A DNA stretch of 58,137 nt, filler included, from Basidioascus undulatus (taxonomy: Eukaryota): assembly GCA_000826855.1 (NCBI GenBank). It is 6 parts of 6 records of this genome, joined end to end, with 100 filler letters (N's around TTAATTAATTAA, not from the genome) between each part and the next. Parts side by side here need not be neighbours in the genome. Positions count along the whole stretch, not along the records: positions 38,842 to 48,444 come from JTLS01001237.1; positions 48,545 to 58,137 come from JTLS01001238.1; 4 more parts are not named here. The stretch is one strand, 5' to 3'. A program made the position numbers and the translations under genes. The notes under the pieces were generated by a model, which searched no databases, was not told where the DNA came from, and worked only from the letters and a program-made list of their open reading frames with translations. This document shows positions 38,842-51,800 of the stretch, in pieces (position 1 is the first letter of the stretch; the number at the start of each line of letters is the position of its first letter).

Positions 38842-41800
38842 CGCCGTTCGCGAGCGAGACGTCCGTCGAGCTGCGCCAGCCGGTACGCTGGGCGTACATC
38901 AAGCGCATGTCGCACGACGTGTTGATCTCCTTCGCGCAATGCGCGTGGCAGATCAACCCGCACTCTTCGCAGAGCACGGCGGACTTCTTGATCGGCATCT
39001 GGCACAGCCGGCAGATGATCGCTATAAAGGCAAGAAGGTCCAGTCAGCTACGAAGCTATACGTCTCACAAGCTCATGAAGAGATACCCACTCTTGCTGAA
39101 CGTGCTCTTCATGAACGAGTGTGGGCGCCAGACCTCGTGCTCCGGATCGAGCGACTCGCGCGGCGTCAAATCTTCGGTATGGCCGCCCGCCGACTCGGCG
39201 CTCGTTGGCGAGACCATACCGTTGACGGCCTCGGTGAACGACATCGCCGTGGCGGGCATGACGCTGACGGCAGAGGGGACGCGTCGGAGGTCTTCCGTCG
39301 ACATGGCGAGCGTGCTGGCGTGCGGGAAAACGGGCGTCTGCTGCGCGAAGACTGCCGACGCTTCGGTGCGCGCCGACTGGGAGATGCGGCGGAGGAAGGG
39401 GACCGAGTCCTGCGCGCGGAGGTCGCGCACCGCCGACCAGTTTTCCTTCAGCCAGTCGTGCTCGGCGAGGTCGCGCGCCGTCGGCCGCAGGAGCGGGTCC
39501 TTCTGGAAGCAGAGCTCAAGGAAGCTGTGCAGGAGCGGCGAGCACTTCTCGGGGATCGGCGGACAGCCGTCTTCGACGATACGAAACATCACTGCGCGGG
39601 AAGGGCTGGCGTGAGACAATAGCCGACATGTTGAAGTCGGGATAGCAAATGCAGCTCACCTGAAAGACCGTTGTGCATGTCACCGTACGGCGGACGTCCA
39701 GTCAGGAGCTCGATGATCGTGCACGCCAGCGACCAGATGTCGGACGCGGGCGTCGGGCCCTTGAGCTCGATAACCTCTGGAGCCACTGCACCGCACCGCC
39801 CACATCAATATCGCCCCAACAAAACACTACCATTGCAGAGACCCACTCCAGTTCGGCGTGCCAGCGACCTCGCCCTGGCCCTCCATGTTGCGCATGTTCA
39901 GGCTGACGCCAAAGTCCGACAGCTTGACGTTGCCCGTCTTGGTCGTGAGGATGTTGGCCGCCTTGAGGTCGCAGTGGACCACGTCGCAGTCGTGGAGGTA
40001 GATGAGGCCCTCGAGGATCTTGAGCACGTATGTCGCGACAAGGCTTTCGGGGAACGAGCCGAACGACTTGAGCGACGAGTGAAGCGACCCGTTCTCGGCA
40101 AACCTGCGAGTGGGGTGCAAGGGTTGTTCAGCACCGGTAGTTTCATGGAGGAAGGAGAGCGATGAGAGGTGGTAAGAAGGGAAACGCACTCGAGGATGAT
40201 GTTCAGCGCGCCGCGGTTGCCCGGCCGCGGCTCCTCGCGCACGAGCCCCTCGTACTTGACGACGCCCGGATGGCTCAGGCGCTTGAGCGTCTCGACCTCG
40301 CGCGACATGTTGGTCACCTCCGCCTCGGACAGGCCGTCGAGCCGGATCCGCTTGACGGCGACGGTCTGCCCCGTCCGCAGGTTGAGCGCGCGGTACACCG
40401 TCCCGAACTGGCCGCGGCCGATAGGGTTGCCGAGTTGCTGAAGAGAGTCAAGCGCTACGTCAGACCGAATCCGAGTAAACGCAAAGTGAGACCGAGTGAA
40501 ACAACTCACATAGCTGACGCTCTCGCCCATGTCCGGATCCTCCAAGGTCAACGTCTTCCGCATCGCGCTGAGGCTTGAGTCACGGGTGAGCGAGCTTCCC
40601 GCGGTCAAGACCGTGCCAGCGTCGCTAACGAACCCGGATCCGCCCGTGAGCGCCTGGAGCGCGGCGGCACGCTGAGCCTCCCGGTCGGGGAGCGACTCGA
40701 GCGGCATGGAGGGAACGCTATTGAGGCGCGTATGCCGGTAGAATGCCGGTGCCGGCAGGGCCGAGTTCGAGCGACCGAGCCCGGACGGCGGGAGCGGCGC
40801 GTGCACGCCGTTGGACTTGCTCGAGGTCGAGGTCGTCTCGGGGAGGTTGGGCGAGGGCGGGAGGGAGGTGGACGAGGCTGACGCGCGGAACTGCGCTGAG
40901 CCGTCGGAGGCGGTGCGCGGGAAGGGGGCACGGCCGTCGCTTGATGGGGATGCCGATGCTCGGCGGAGCTGAACCGACGGCAGTCGCGGCCCGCCGCCGT
41001 ATGGTAGGCCGGAGCGCGTCTGGACGCGGATGTTGGGGTGTGCGCGGGGAGGAGAGGGGGTTGTAGAGGCTGTGGAGCTGTGTCGGCGAAGGGGAGTGAG
41101 CGGAGAGAGCCCCCGCGAGCCTTCGGGTAGGGTGTCGATCGCGGCTAGCTGGTCGTTCGCCGGCGACGAGGTCGACATCAGCCGGCGCGGGTCGCGCTGC
41201 GGTCGGGGAGGGGACGGCCGGCGTGGAGAGTCGGAACCAGCGTCGACGGGGAAGGGGAAGGAGGATGCGGATGGCAGGCTGCTCGGCAGGAGGCTCGTGG
41301 TACCCGGGCGACGGCGGTACTGCGCGAGAGGCGAAGAGATCGGGATACCGCCATCGGTCGACGGTTCGCGCTGGTCGTTCAGGAAGGATCCCCGGCGCGG
41401 CACATGGGGTCCGCGTGTTCGCCGAGCGGCGCGAGGCGTTCGCTCCGGATCGGTCAGGTCCTGTCCAGAATCCTCGTGCCGCAGCTGTGGTTTGGACGTC
41501 GAGGCGCAGCGGACTGAACGCGCGTGCTGCAGCGTCGGGCTACTCTTGGTTGTGGAGAGGGAGGGGATGGCGGGAAGAGGTCGTTGTGGAGAAGGTGGAG
41601 TCGCGCGCGGGCTGATCGGAGCGTTTCGGGGAGCAGGGGGCGCGTCCTGCGCCGCCGGTGAGGAGGGCCGCCAGGCCAGGGAGGAGGTGCGGGGAGACGG
41701 AGGTCTGGGTGGAGCGCCCTGGGAGCTCTTCGGCGACGCGGGCGGGGACGGCTCGAACGCCGGAGAGACGTCGGGCGTGGGGAGCGGGATCCCGGCTGAT

Positions 41801-42381
41801 GGCGGCGTGACGGCGTCGATGTCGATCGCCCTGATCCGGCTCCCGTGGCCCGAGTCGCTGCTGCCTTCTGGCTGCTCGTCCGAGTGCTCCGGGCTCGGCG
41901 GGTACACCGTCGTCGAGGCCGTCGGCACCTCCTCGCGCTCCTTGCCCTTGCCCTTTGGCCTCTTCAGCGGCGAAATGCCCGCCGGAAGCAGACCGGTTGC
42001 GGGCGGAGCGTGGAAGGAGTCTGCGAGCGGGTCGGACGCGAGGTGCAAGCTCGGTGCGGAGAGCGACGCGGAGGAGAGGGACGGCGGGACGAATGCAATA
42101 TCCACCCCGCCCCGCGTGGCCCTCCGCGGCCGCCCACTCGAGGATGCTGGCCGGTCTGCCTCATCGTCGGACGAACGCGGTCCGAGCGCGAACGCAAAGG
42201 AGGACGCGATGCGGTTGAAGGAGAGACCGAGACCGGGCGTCACGCCCGCTGCCTCGGCGCGCTGGGCTCGGCTGAGCTTGCGCGGCTTGCGCAGCGTAGA
42301 GTCGGTCGAAGAGGAGCCCTGCGTGCGCTGCCGCCGCGACGGCGTGAGGGGCAGCGGGGCGAGGGTCGTTACTGTCGCCAT
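38842..42381 (-). CDS. STE-group Ser/Thr kinase, Cdc15/SepH-like catalytic domain, with long disordered N-terminus and downstream C1 domain (3' truncated)
   Basis: [77 protein letters not shown]...[20 protein letters not shown]. After the kinase: [10 protein letters not shown]...[27 protein letters not shown]...C (C1 zinc finger). About 620 aa Pro/Ser-rich N-terminus. Confidence 0.9.
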
Positions 42382-44799
42382 GGGTGGAGGAGCGGCGAAC
42401 GGACAAGAATTATGAAATATAAACTAGAGACTGTGAGTTGGGGATCCGGAGTATCCGTCAGCATCGCTTAAGCCCCGTCCCTGCCTAAACTGTCTCCGTC
42501 GCCAACGGGTTTGGCTCGCAGATGGACCAGAGAACGTACGATAAAGGTTCCAGCACGGGTCCAAAACTGCGCCGCCCGCGGAGTCCCAGCCGCTGCCTTG
42601 GTCTGGAGGGAGCCTGCCCTAGCCCTGCAGATCGAGTGCGGTCGAGGAGGGGGGTGGGGCGGGCGGCTGCGCTGCGCTGCGCGTTTTGAACGACGTGAAT
42701 CGCTGTTGAGATGGCGGGCGCACAGGCAACAACGGTCAGCGGTCGGATTGCTGTGCTGGGTTGCGCCTCCCTGCAGTTGTCCCAGCCGAAGGCGGCAGGT
42801 GACCGAGGCTGGGTGGCCAAAAGCAAGACAGGCACTAACCTTGCCGCACGGGAAGTGTGCTTGAGCCGGACGAGGCTGGAATCGCACACAGCACGTCTGG
42901 GCACGGCGGCGGCAGGGGGCGAGGGCGGGCGTGAGCACAACGGCGACGATGAGGATAATGATGGCGGCGATGCGGAAGCGGATGGAAGCGGGGGTGGACA
43001 GTCTGACCAGATGAGGTGGGCAAGGGGCGGGCCGGGACTGAAGCGTCCCACCAACGCAGTTCACTCCCAGTTGAGGTCGCTCAGCTCGAGCCCCCTGCCC
43101 CTGTTCGCGCTATGCCCCGCCCATTGCGCTTAGACTGACCACGACCGCATCACAATGCGTCTTCCCGGCCAGTAGAATATTCAAATACCCCATCCAAGAC
43201 TCACCAGATCTGCGTAACCCAACGATGACTGGGCCTGTATCCCATGCAGAGCGGGTGGTGAGCGTGCGAGGCCGACGATCGACGGTCTGCTCCCGCCGAC
43301 AGAGTTGCAGAGGAACGCCCAAAGGGTGGAGGCGTTTTGGCGGCACACTCGTAGTGCAATAAAGTGCGACAACCCAATTCGCGGCTCGAGCGCGTCGCGA
43401 TTATATTGCTGCTGCCGTGTGTACGCGCTCACACAGCCAGAGCAGCCTCAGCGAGGGGTAAGAGAGGACGACCTTTAGGTTGAAGGTTGATCGGCAAGAT
43501 GCGAATCCCTCGCACTGGCGCAGGCTAGCACGGCGGGCGAAACTTGATCGGCCGTGTGCTCGAGCTCGATGATGAGCATATGGATCGACATGGATGGATG
43601 GAGCCACTGGGACTGGCTCCACCGCCATCGCAAGCGCCCCCGCATGTTCAAGAGACGTCTGACACTTTGCTCCCAATATTTCACCTCACTTTCCAGAGTC
43701 CGTAGTGTTGCACTAAAGGGTTGTTGAATGCAATTGAACAAGAGGCTGATCAGCGTTCTATTCAGACAACAATTTGCCTGCGTATTCCATGCGACACGTG
43801 GACTGCGAGTTGGCACACAGCCTGCAGTTTGAAACTGTCGGCACAGTGACTGCTGCCGACTGTGACATTTTACTCGTCCGCCGTCTTGCGCCTTTGTCTG
43901 CTCGTTCATGCGGTCATCATCGCCGCATTGCGCATAGCTTAGACATTTGCACCGGACGCTCACTCCTTGTCTCGCGAAGGGACGAGCATAGAAGCCGTCG
44001 CAGTGGCAGCCTACTCAACGGGGATGACCCCACATACGCTGATCACCCAAATCAACAGCAGTTCAATTAGCGGCATTCCGCCAGTGGGTGGTCCACTCCC
44101 ACCTGGGCCACATGCCCACGCATCCTAACCCACTGGCAACTTCGAACGTGCCCTCCCACCGAATCCCATGCCCAGTCACTGAGTCCTGAGTCAACTATAC
44201 ACCGCCGACTCAGCCAAGCCCGGCAGTGTTGAGTGCACACTATTATTGGCGCAAGCGCCATGACTGCAAGCCGATGTGGCGCGAGCCTCGAGACGAGCGA
44301 GACAAGCTTATTGTCTTCCCCGCTAAGCTGTTAGTAGCGCAGCCCAAGAATTGCCTTGTATTGCCAGGACGGTTGGTGCACACCTGCACGCTGCGTGCAC
44401 GCATAGATTGCGTGAGTGCGAATGTTGTGTCCTCAGCAAGCTGGCTACTTCTTGGGTGAGCTCTACCTCTGAGAGGGCGCCGGTGGGATATGCGAAAGCC
44501 GCCTCTCCCAACAGCTGTGGCAACCGGCTTAGCTGCATTGCATCCGCACAGTGCAACGTTCATCTGGTAGCCCCTTGTCCTTGCGGCACGCGCTCGACTG
44601 TATGCTATGCTTATGGAAGTATCTGAATTGTCCGTCCATTTGGAGGATAACTGCCATGCACAGCTCGCCGTACAGCCGCTTGCATAATACTGCACCTCAC
44701 TGCGCGTCGATGCCGGAAGGAACGTTCATCTAGAGCTGTACAAGAGCGCCTGAGAGCGATCCACAGATCAGGTCCCATTCGATATAGACGGGCACGCGG

Positions 44800-45168
44800 A
44801 CCCAGAAGCCCGCTTGGCTAACGGTATTGGTCTCGGGTATGCCGAGTTTCAAGTATATCACGCATTCCCCACCCCGGACACCAAGGTCCCGGGCCATAAG
44901 GAGAGCGCGGTGAAACAGCTCGATCGAGGGAAGGTTGGTAAGAAGAACGTTGCTCAGCAGACGCGCTGCCCCACGTCCTATCGATGTGATTCTACAAGTG
45001 AGAACGATATCCTACAGTCGTCAAAGTTTGTGGCCGGAGCTCTTTGCAGATGAGAGGAAGAGCCCACCTCGCCTTTCCAGCCACGCTTGTACCGTTATTT
45101 CCGGTGAGCTCGAAGATCCGCGCGATAATCTCCTTTGGGAGCGAGAGAAAGCAGATCGAGGTCGACAT
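44800..45168 (-). pseudogene. Decayed F-box-like gene, copy A (3' extent not determined)
   Basis: MSTSICFLSLPKEIIARIFEL...WALPLICKELR. Relative to copy B the GTGAG intron donor is missing and the next exon has a 1-nt frameshift (DVGQRV / LLSNVLLTNLPSIELF). Confidence 0.55.
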
Positions 45169-45667
45169 TGACACAGGCCAGAAGAAGCAAAATTGCATAA
45201 AGCTTCAGCTCAAGGCGTGAATAAGCGGAAGTCGGTGAGGTGAAGCAGACGAAGGACGAAGGTAGGAGGGCAACGAAAGGCCCGATTGGCGGTGCTGTCG
45301 CCGCCGGAACGACCGCACAAGCAATCTTCGTTTAATTTAGACCTCCGTTAGCCAAGCGTCGCACCTGTCTTGATTGTCCTCGAAGGAGGCGCTACTGCTC
45401 CGGCAGGGAATCCACGCTCCAGTGCGTGTTGGTGTGTGCGGGCGAAAGGCCGCGGGTTCGATTGCCAACGCTGCCAGCCAAGCACCCCAATTCTATAACT
45501 TTCACGACATGGGACCGGTCCCAGTCCCCCCGCCTGTCGTTGGTTGGTATTTCGAGGGGCGCGCAAGACTCGATGGAACTGCCAGCGTAAGATCAGCGAT
45601 CTACCCAGCATATGACATCTGTCAAGTGCACCATATTAACACGTCGTTCAAGTGCTGTCCCCGTACA

Positions 45668-46939
45668 TCAATTGCCCTCCTCCTCCTCTCCGGCGTTACC
45701 ATCCTCGACCGAAACTTGTAGGCGTTGCGAACGAGAGTCGCAGAAGTCAATGCGGTGCTTGTTCAGCTTTATGCACTGCTGCATCGCCCAGCTAAAGAAA
45801 GGCAAAGACCCTCCATCCGTGTCCCAGACCACCGGCTGCTCGCCCGAAGCAGACGATCTCCGCCAAGGCAGAAGGCCTGGAAAGGCAGATCGGTCGATGA
45901 ACTCGGCAACGTCCCACATTGATTGGCACGTTCGTTCTCGTACATGAGGCGCACGGTGACTGTGAGCCAACGTAGACTTTGCGGGAGCGCAAGCGCTGTC
46001 GCTCTACTATAACGTTTGGCGTGAACGGAGAGACAGATGAGAGAGGAGCAGATATTGAGCCGCCTCGATGAGAGTCTGATCACTCTCTGTCTCCTTTGAG
46101 TTAGACGGAGGTGTCGAATATGATTAGCGTGTCTTGTCAGAAAGTCGCGCAGCGAGTTGGAAAGGGACAGTTACGGAGAGGCTGATAAGCCTGAGGCATG
46201 GGCAGGTTGATGGTGCTCAGCCACTGCTCGGCCGTTGGTGAGTTCAAGCGACGATTCAAGTAGAGCTCTTCCAGACGCGGAAGTGATATAGGTGTAAGCC
46301 CTGAACGGTATGCCACGGACTTGCCGGCACGTAAATCGAGAACTCGCAGGTTTTCGAGACGATTGAGGCACAGGAGACCACGGCGAGCGCCAGTTCCGGA
46401 CTGACCAACCATGAGTCTGAGCTCGATGAGCGAGAGAGCGGGAGACATCGACAGAGCGTCGAGGGCTTGTAATTCGCCAGACCGTGTCCCATTCTAGGTG
46501 GGTAGGCCCCTGGACGGTGAGGCTCGCGATTTTCCTCAAGAGCTGCCGCGGCGAGATGGCCCGTTCTCGCAGCGGTATTGGCATTCTCGGGAATGCGAAT
46601 TTCGAAAGATCGCACGCACTCGCCACCGCTGACTCGCCACCGCTGACGCCGCGGTGCCGGGCTATAAAGAGAGCGTCGTAAAACAGCTCGATCGAGGGAA
46701 ACTTGGTAAGAAGGACGGTGCTCAGAAGAGCGCGTTGTCCGATGTCCTGTCATTGCAACCTACAGTGAGAACAACATTCTACAGCAGTCAAACGCTATGA
46801 ACGGCTCACCCGGAGGTCCTTGCAGATCAGAGGACGAGCCATCCTCGTCTTGACCGCCGCGCTTTCGGAGTCCGCGAGCTCAAGAATGCGCGCCATGACC
46901 TCCTTCGGGAGCGAGAGAAAAAAAGATCGAAGTCGACAT
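45668..46939 (-). pseudogene. F-box/LRR-like gene, copy B, frameshifted
   Basis: MSTSI-(T7 run, +1 shift)-FLSLPKEVMARILEL...RPLICKDLR, intron, DIGQRALLSTVLLTKFPSIELFY. LRR-like stretch LNRLENLRVLDL...LPRLEELYL lies in another frame. Confidence 0.55.
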
Positions 46940-47272
46940 GGGAACAGGCCAAGAGAGCGTGGAGATGAGAGATCGATGAATTGACGAATGAACACGACAC
47001 AGAAGGTGAGGAGGGAAGTATTGGGAAGATGGGGCATCTGGTTAAGTAAGGTAGTTGCTTGCAAAATAGCTATCGCCCTTTAGTCTTGAGCAACCAACCG
47101 CAGAACATGCAGCACCATTCTGCGAGCGAGAGGGGAATACAGCATGATGCGAGTACATGAATCAACGCGAGCGAACAACCATCGTAGCCAGCAGCATATC
47201 CCGCCGAACCGAACCGGGAGCTTCCAATCCGCCTTCCGTCGCAAGCAAGTCAGCCAAGGCGGCGCAGAGCGC

Positions 47273-48444
47273 TCATGCGAACCCTTCCGGGGGGATCGAT
47301 TCCTGCGCAGCAGAGGGACAGATCAGATAAGGCGAAGGGGGGGGGATGGGAGACACGGACCTTGATCTGCTCGAAGTTCGCGCGCGCCTTGTCCATGTCC
47401 CACGCGTTGCCCTCGAGGCACTGGACCGAGTACGTGTAGTTGAGGCTCGTCGCAGCGGAGAGCTGGAGCGCCGCAGCGTGTTGCGCTTCGGTCTGTTCAT
47501 CCAACAATGTGAGCAAATCGCCTTTAAAAGAAACGCAGGCATGAAGTTGCAAGACGCACCAATCCAGGGAGGGGCTGAGGTTGTTGGGGCGGCGCTTGTT
47601 GGGGAGCCGTCGGGCCAGCGGGCGGCGCCAGCGCCTCGGGGGCCCACGCCGTCGCGGGCGAGTAGCCGCGGATAGTGAGCTGGTCGGAGAGGATCACGCA
47701 CGGCCAGCCTGCGGAGGCCGCTCTGTTGAGCACAAGGGTTTCGATGAGCATCCTGCCATGGGATGCTAGGCGCACGGACAACTCACGGCGAGTTCTCAGG
47801 CGTCGGGGCGAAGACGAAGGAGCGGTCGAAAGATCGGATGCCATTGGACGGCTCTGCATGCACACACAAGAATGATTAGCGTGGGGAAGAAGAGAAGACG
47901 GCAGACAAAACACACTCTCGTTGAACTCGCCATGCACCGCGCAGAAGATTACGGTCCCCTGGCTGTCGAGGACGCCGCCCATCGGCCACGCCTCGAAGAC
48001 GAACTTGTCGGCTTCCGAAAGCGTATGCGTCGTGCCCGGCAGGCTGCTCAGCGCCTGCACGATAGCGGCAGGCGTGGAGACGAGCGAGTTTGCGCGGTCG
48101 TCTGCGAAGCAAAGCAATCAGTACGCGCCCCGCAGCTATCATCCCCGAACAAAATGGCTTACCGAGCATCTTCAGCCTGCTCAGATTCCTGCTCTTGCTC
48201 GGCGTCTGCACATACGGCGCCCACTTCAAGCTTTTCTGGTTCGGCAGCTTCTCGTGCACCCCCGCCTTGCGCGCCCTCGGCGGAATTCCCGTGTTGGCGG
48301 CAATGGAGAACGTCGCGGTGGGCGCGTACGCGGCACCGAGCGTCGCGCGCGCGGTATCGAAGGCGGTGAAGAACTTGACGAGGAACGTGGATGCAAGGGT
48401 GGCGATCTCGGGCGTCGCGGTGAAATTGCCTGCCATTTGGAGCG
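47273..48444 (-). CDS. MEX67: mRNA export factor Mex67/NXF1 (NTF2-like + TAP-C/UBA domains; 5' truncated)
   Basis: STFLVKFFTAFDTARATLGAAYAPTATFSI...IPPRAR; SRNLSRL; LPGTTH; VHGEFNE; RSFDRSFVFAP; GWPCVILSDQLTIRGYS; C-terminal SLNYTYSVQCLEGNAWDMDKARANFE...IPPEGFA*. Confidence 0.9.
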
Positions 48445-48544
48445 NNNNNNNNNNNNNNNNNNNNNNNNNNNNNNNNNNNNNNNNNNNNTTAATTAATTAA
48501 NNNNNNNNNNNNNNNNNNNNNNNNNNNNNNNNNNNNNNNNNNNN
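48445..48544. other. Artificial contig-joining spacer
   Basis: 44 N + TTAATTAATTAA + 44 N. Confidence 0.99.
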
Positions 48545-48835
48545 TCGTCCTCCTCCTCCCTCCCGCCAGACTCTTTATCCTTTTCTTCGTGCTCGCCACC
48601 GGCACTGACGACGACGGACGTTGCGGCAACGGCGACGCCTGCTCCACCGCCCGACTAGACGCGTCGACTGCCTCCTGAGTGCAGCACCCCGCCCCGCCGA
48701 CCCTCTTTTCCTCCACACCCACCCTCACCCGGTCCGCTCCCTCGACCCTCGTCTCCTCCGTACTCTCATCATCCGCACCGCCACCACCACCTACTCGCTC
48801 GTCTCCCGCTCCGAAAAGTCACATCTCAGGCGCCG

Positions 48836-51800
48836 ATGGCCGACCGCCCCGCGCGCCCTCCCGCGCCGCCGCACAAGGCCAGCAGCTCCTCCAACGGCAC
48901 TTCTGATCGACCTCCCCTCCAGCCCACAGTCTCGTTCCAGCATGGAGACGACCTCGAGCACAACATGAGCAGCGGCAACGACGCAGACTTCAGGCGCAAG
49001 CGCAGCCTCGTCAGGCCAGAGCGCGAGAAGCAGGACCCCCACCACCGTCTCTTCCACTACCGCAATCGGGCCGCTGAGGGCGGCGAGGGCGGGCACTTTG
49101 GCGTAAAGCCTTCATGTGAGCCTTTTACTTCTATTCGTACACACGCTCTGTGGCCGGCCCCGTCGTGTTGTCCCTCGGCGTTGGCGAGAAGTGGTCGCGA
49201 GCCGCCAGGGGCACTGTCTTGGTCTGCCCGAGACGGCTACACGCGTTCACTGACACCGCTTGCGCCATTGTCATTTCCCCCCCATAGCAACGGGCGCCTA
49301 CCCGCAACAAAAATCGCAGCTCCGGCGCGGCATATCCGTCCTCGGGCGCGAGGAGCCGGGCGAGGGCGGCGTCTTCCGGCGCGCAACCCGCAAGCGCGCC
49401 TCGGGCGTCGACAGCGGTAACAGCGGCGGCGGCACCGGCGTCGAGGCCGTGTTGAACCCCGAGGCGAGGGGCTACGCGGCCATCCCGGGGCCGAAGGGCC
49501 CGTGGATGCTCTACTGCTACATCCTCACGATCTGCGTGCCTGGGTTTCTGCTGAAAGCATGTGGTACGTCCGCTTCGTCCACCTCGGATTTTGGGTGCTT
49601 GGGTGGTAGTGCAGCGCATAATATTCAGATGGTCGCGTCCCGTAGGCATCGATACGCCCGAGCGACAACGCGCATGGCGCGAGAAGATGGGCTTGCTCGG
49701 CATCATCGCGCTCCTCATGGGCGCCGTCGGTTTCATCACCTTCGGCTTCACGCAGACGGTCTGCGGTCGGCCGCCGAACCGGTATCAGGTCGGGCACCTC
49801 GACGCCGGCAACATCGTCGTCAATGGCTACACGTACGGCCTCACGCAGTGGGACCACCCCGAAGTCAGCGGCTGGTACAACGGCACCGACCGCAACATCC
49901 TCTGGAACGCGCCCGAGCCGCGGTACGCCGCCGCGGGCATGGACCTCAGCTTCCTCTTCCAGAGGGTCAACGAGCATTGCCGCGGCGTCATCACCCCCTC
50001 CAACACCACCGGCATCGACACGCAGGGCGACGCGATGGGCTGGTACTTCCCCTGCAACGTGAGTCCTAGCTGGATTAACTCTGTCAAATGTCCTGTGACG
50101 CCGGGCTGACGGATCTTCTTTGCGTAGCTCTTCAACCCTAACGGCACGACAACGCCCGACCTCTCGGGCTACACGGACAACACGCTCTGCCATACCAGCA
50201 CGACCGCCCGTAACGCGTTCAACGGCCTCGGCAAGGCGGCGGGCGTCCAGAAGGGCGAGCTATACTACAAGTGGAGCGACGTGCAGAACACGAGCCGCAA
50301 CCTCGTCGTCTTCGAAACGTACGCCCTGCCGATCACCCTTCTTCCTTAGCGGGGCCGAGGCTGACGGGGAGACTGTTTTTTCAGGGACGTGCTCGACCTC
50401 GACCTTTTGAAGTGGCTCGACGCCTCGCAGGTCCAGTGGCCCGAGATCTTCAACGAGCTCCGCGACCCGACGCCCGCCGACAAGTACCGCGGCCGCGACA
50501 TCAGCATGTTCCTCCTCCGCAATAACTACCGCGAGGTCGCCCAGTGCATGCAGGACGTCATCCGCGTCGGCTTCATCGACACCGACACGATCGGCTGCGT
50601 CGCCTCGGACGTCGTGCTCTACGTCTCGCTCGTCTTCATTATCGGTGTCGTCGCGTACGTTTGCCTGTCCTTCGCTCTTACTGCGGCCGCACGTCGTTCG
50701 TGCTGACGCATTGGTTCCCTTCGAACAGGATCAAGTTCTTCTTGGCCGTTCTCTTCGGCTGGTTCCTCTCGTGGCGGCTCGGCTCGTTCACCGGCGAGAG
50801 CTACGAGGAGCGTATGGCGCGCGCGGCTGCGATCGAGAACTGGACGGACGACATCTACCGCCCCGCGCCGAGCCGCTACCGCCCGTCCGTCCCCGGCGGC
50901 AAGGGCGCCAACGGCGCGTTCGCCAAGAAGACTGGCCAGTTCCTGCCGACCGTCAGTCGCTTCTCGCAGGCGCCTGACCGCCTCGTCGGTGCCGGCCGGC
51001 CGTCGACCGCATACGGCGGCGCGGGCGACTATAAGCGCAGCACGACGGCGAGCAGTTTCGGCTCGAAGATGTATCTCGGCGCCGGCCTGCGCGACACGCC
51101 GCCCGGCTCGCCCATGCTAAAGGGTTCGCGAAGCTCGACCAGCCTTCCTTTCGTGCGTATTTATGGATAAGACGGGTTCGGACTGCGATATTGACCCGGG
51201 CATTTGTTTCCAGGCTGGCAAGGACTTCGACTCTCGGCGATCGTCGTTCTCGGAGGGCGGCATGGGCGCCTGCCCCTTTCCGCTCGGCCACAACGTCGTC
51301 CCGCAGCCCCCGCCCGACTACGAGCCGTTCAACTTCCCGCTCGCGCACTCGATCGCTCTCGTCACCGCGTACTCCGAGTCCGTCGAGGGTCTGCGGACGA
51401 CGCTCGACTCCCTCGCGACGACCGACTACCCGAACAGCCACAAGCTCATCCTCATCATCGCGGACGGTGTTGTCCAGGGCTCCGGCAACAAGCTCACTAC
51501 CCCCGATATCTGTCTCGGCATGATGAAGGACCTCATCGTTCCGCGCGAGGAGGTCGAGGCGCACTCGTACGTCGCGATCGCCGACGGCCACAAGCGGCAC
51601 AACATGGCGCGCGTCTTCGCCGGCTTCTACGACTACGATAACGACACGGTCGAGGTCTCCAAGCAGCAGCGCGTCCCCGTCATCCTCGTAGCGAAGGTCG
51701 GCAACCCGCTCGAGGCCAACGAGGCCAAGCCCGGCAACCGCGGCAAGCGCGATTCGCAGGTTCTCCTCATGGCCTTCCTTCAGAAGGTCATGTTTGATGA

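Noticed and set aside
41030..42415. 461-aa plus-strand ORF, and similar long ORFs such as 6661-7644 and 50953-51819
   Set aside because: Antisense shadows of real GC-rich coding exons, with no recognisable motifs.
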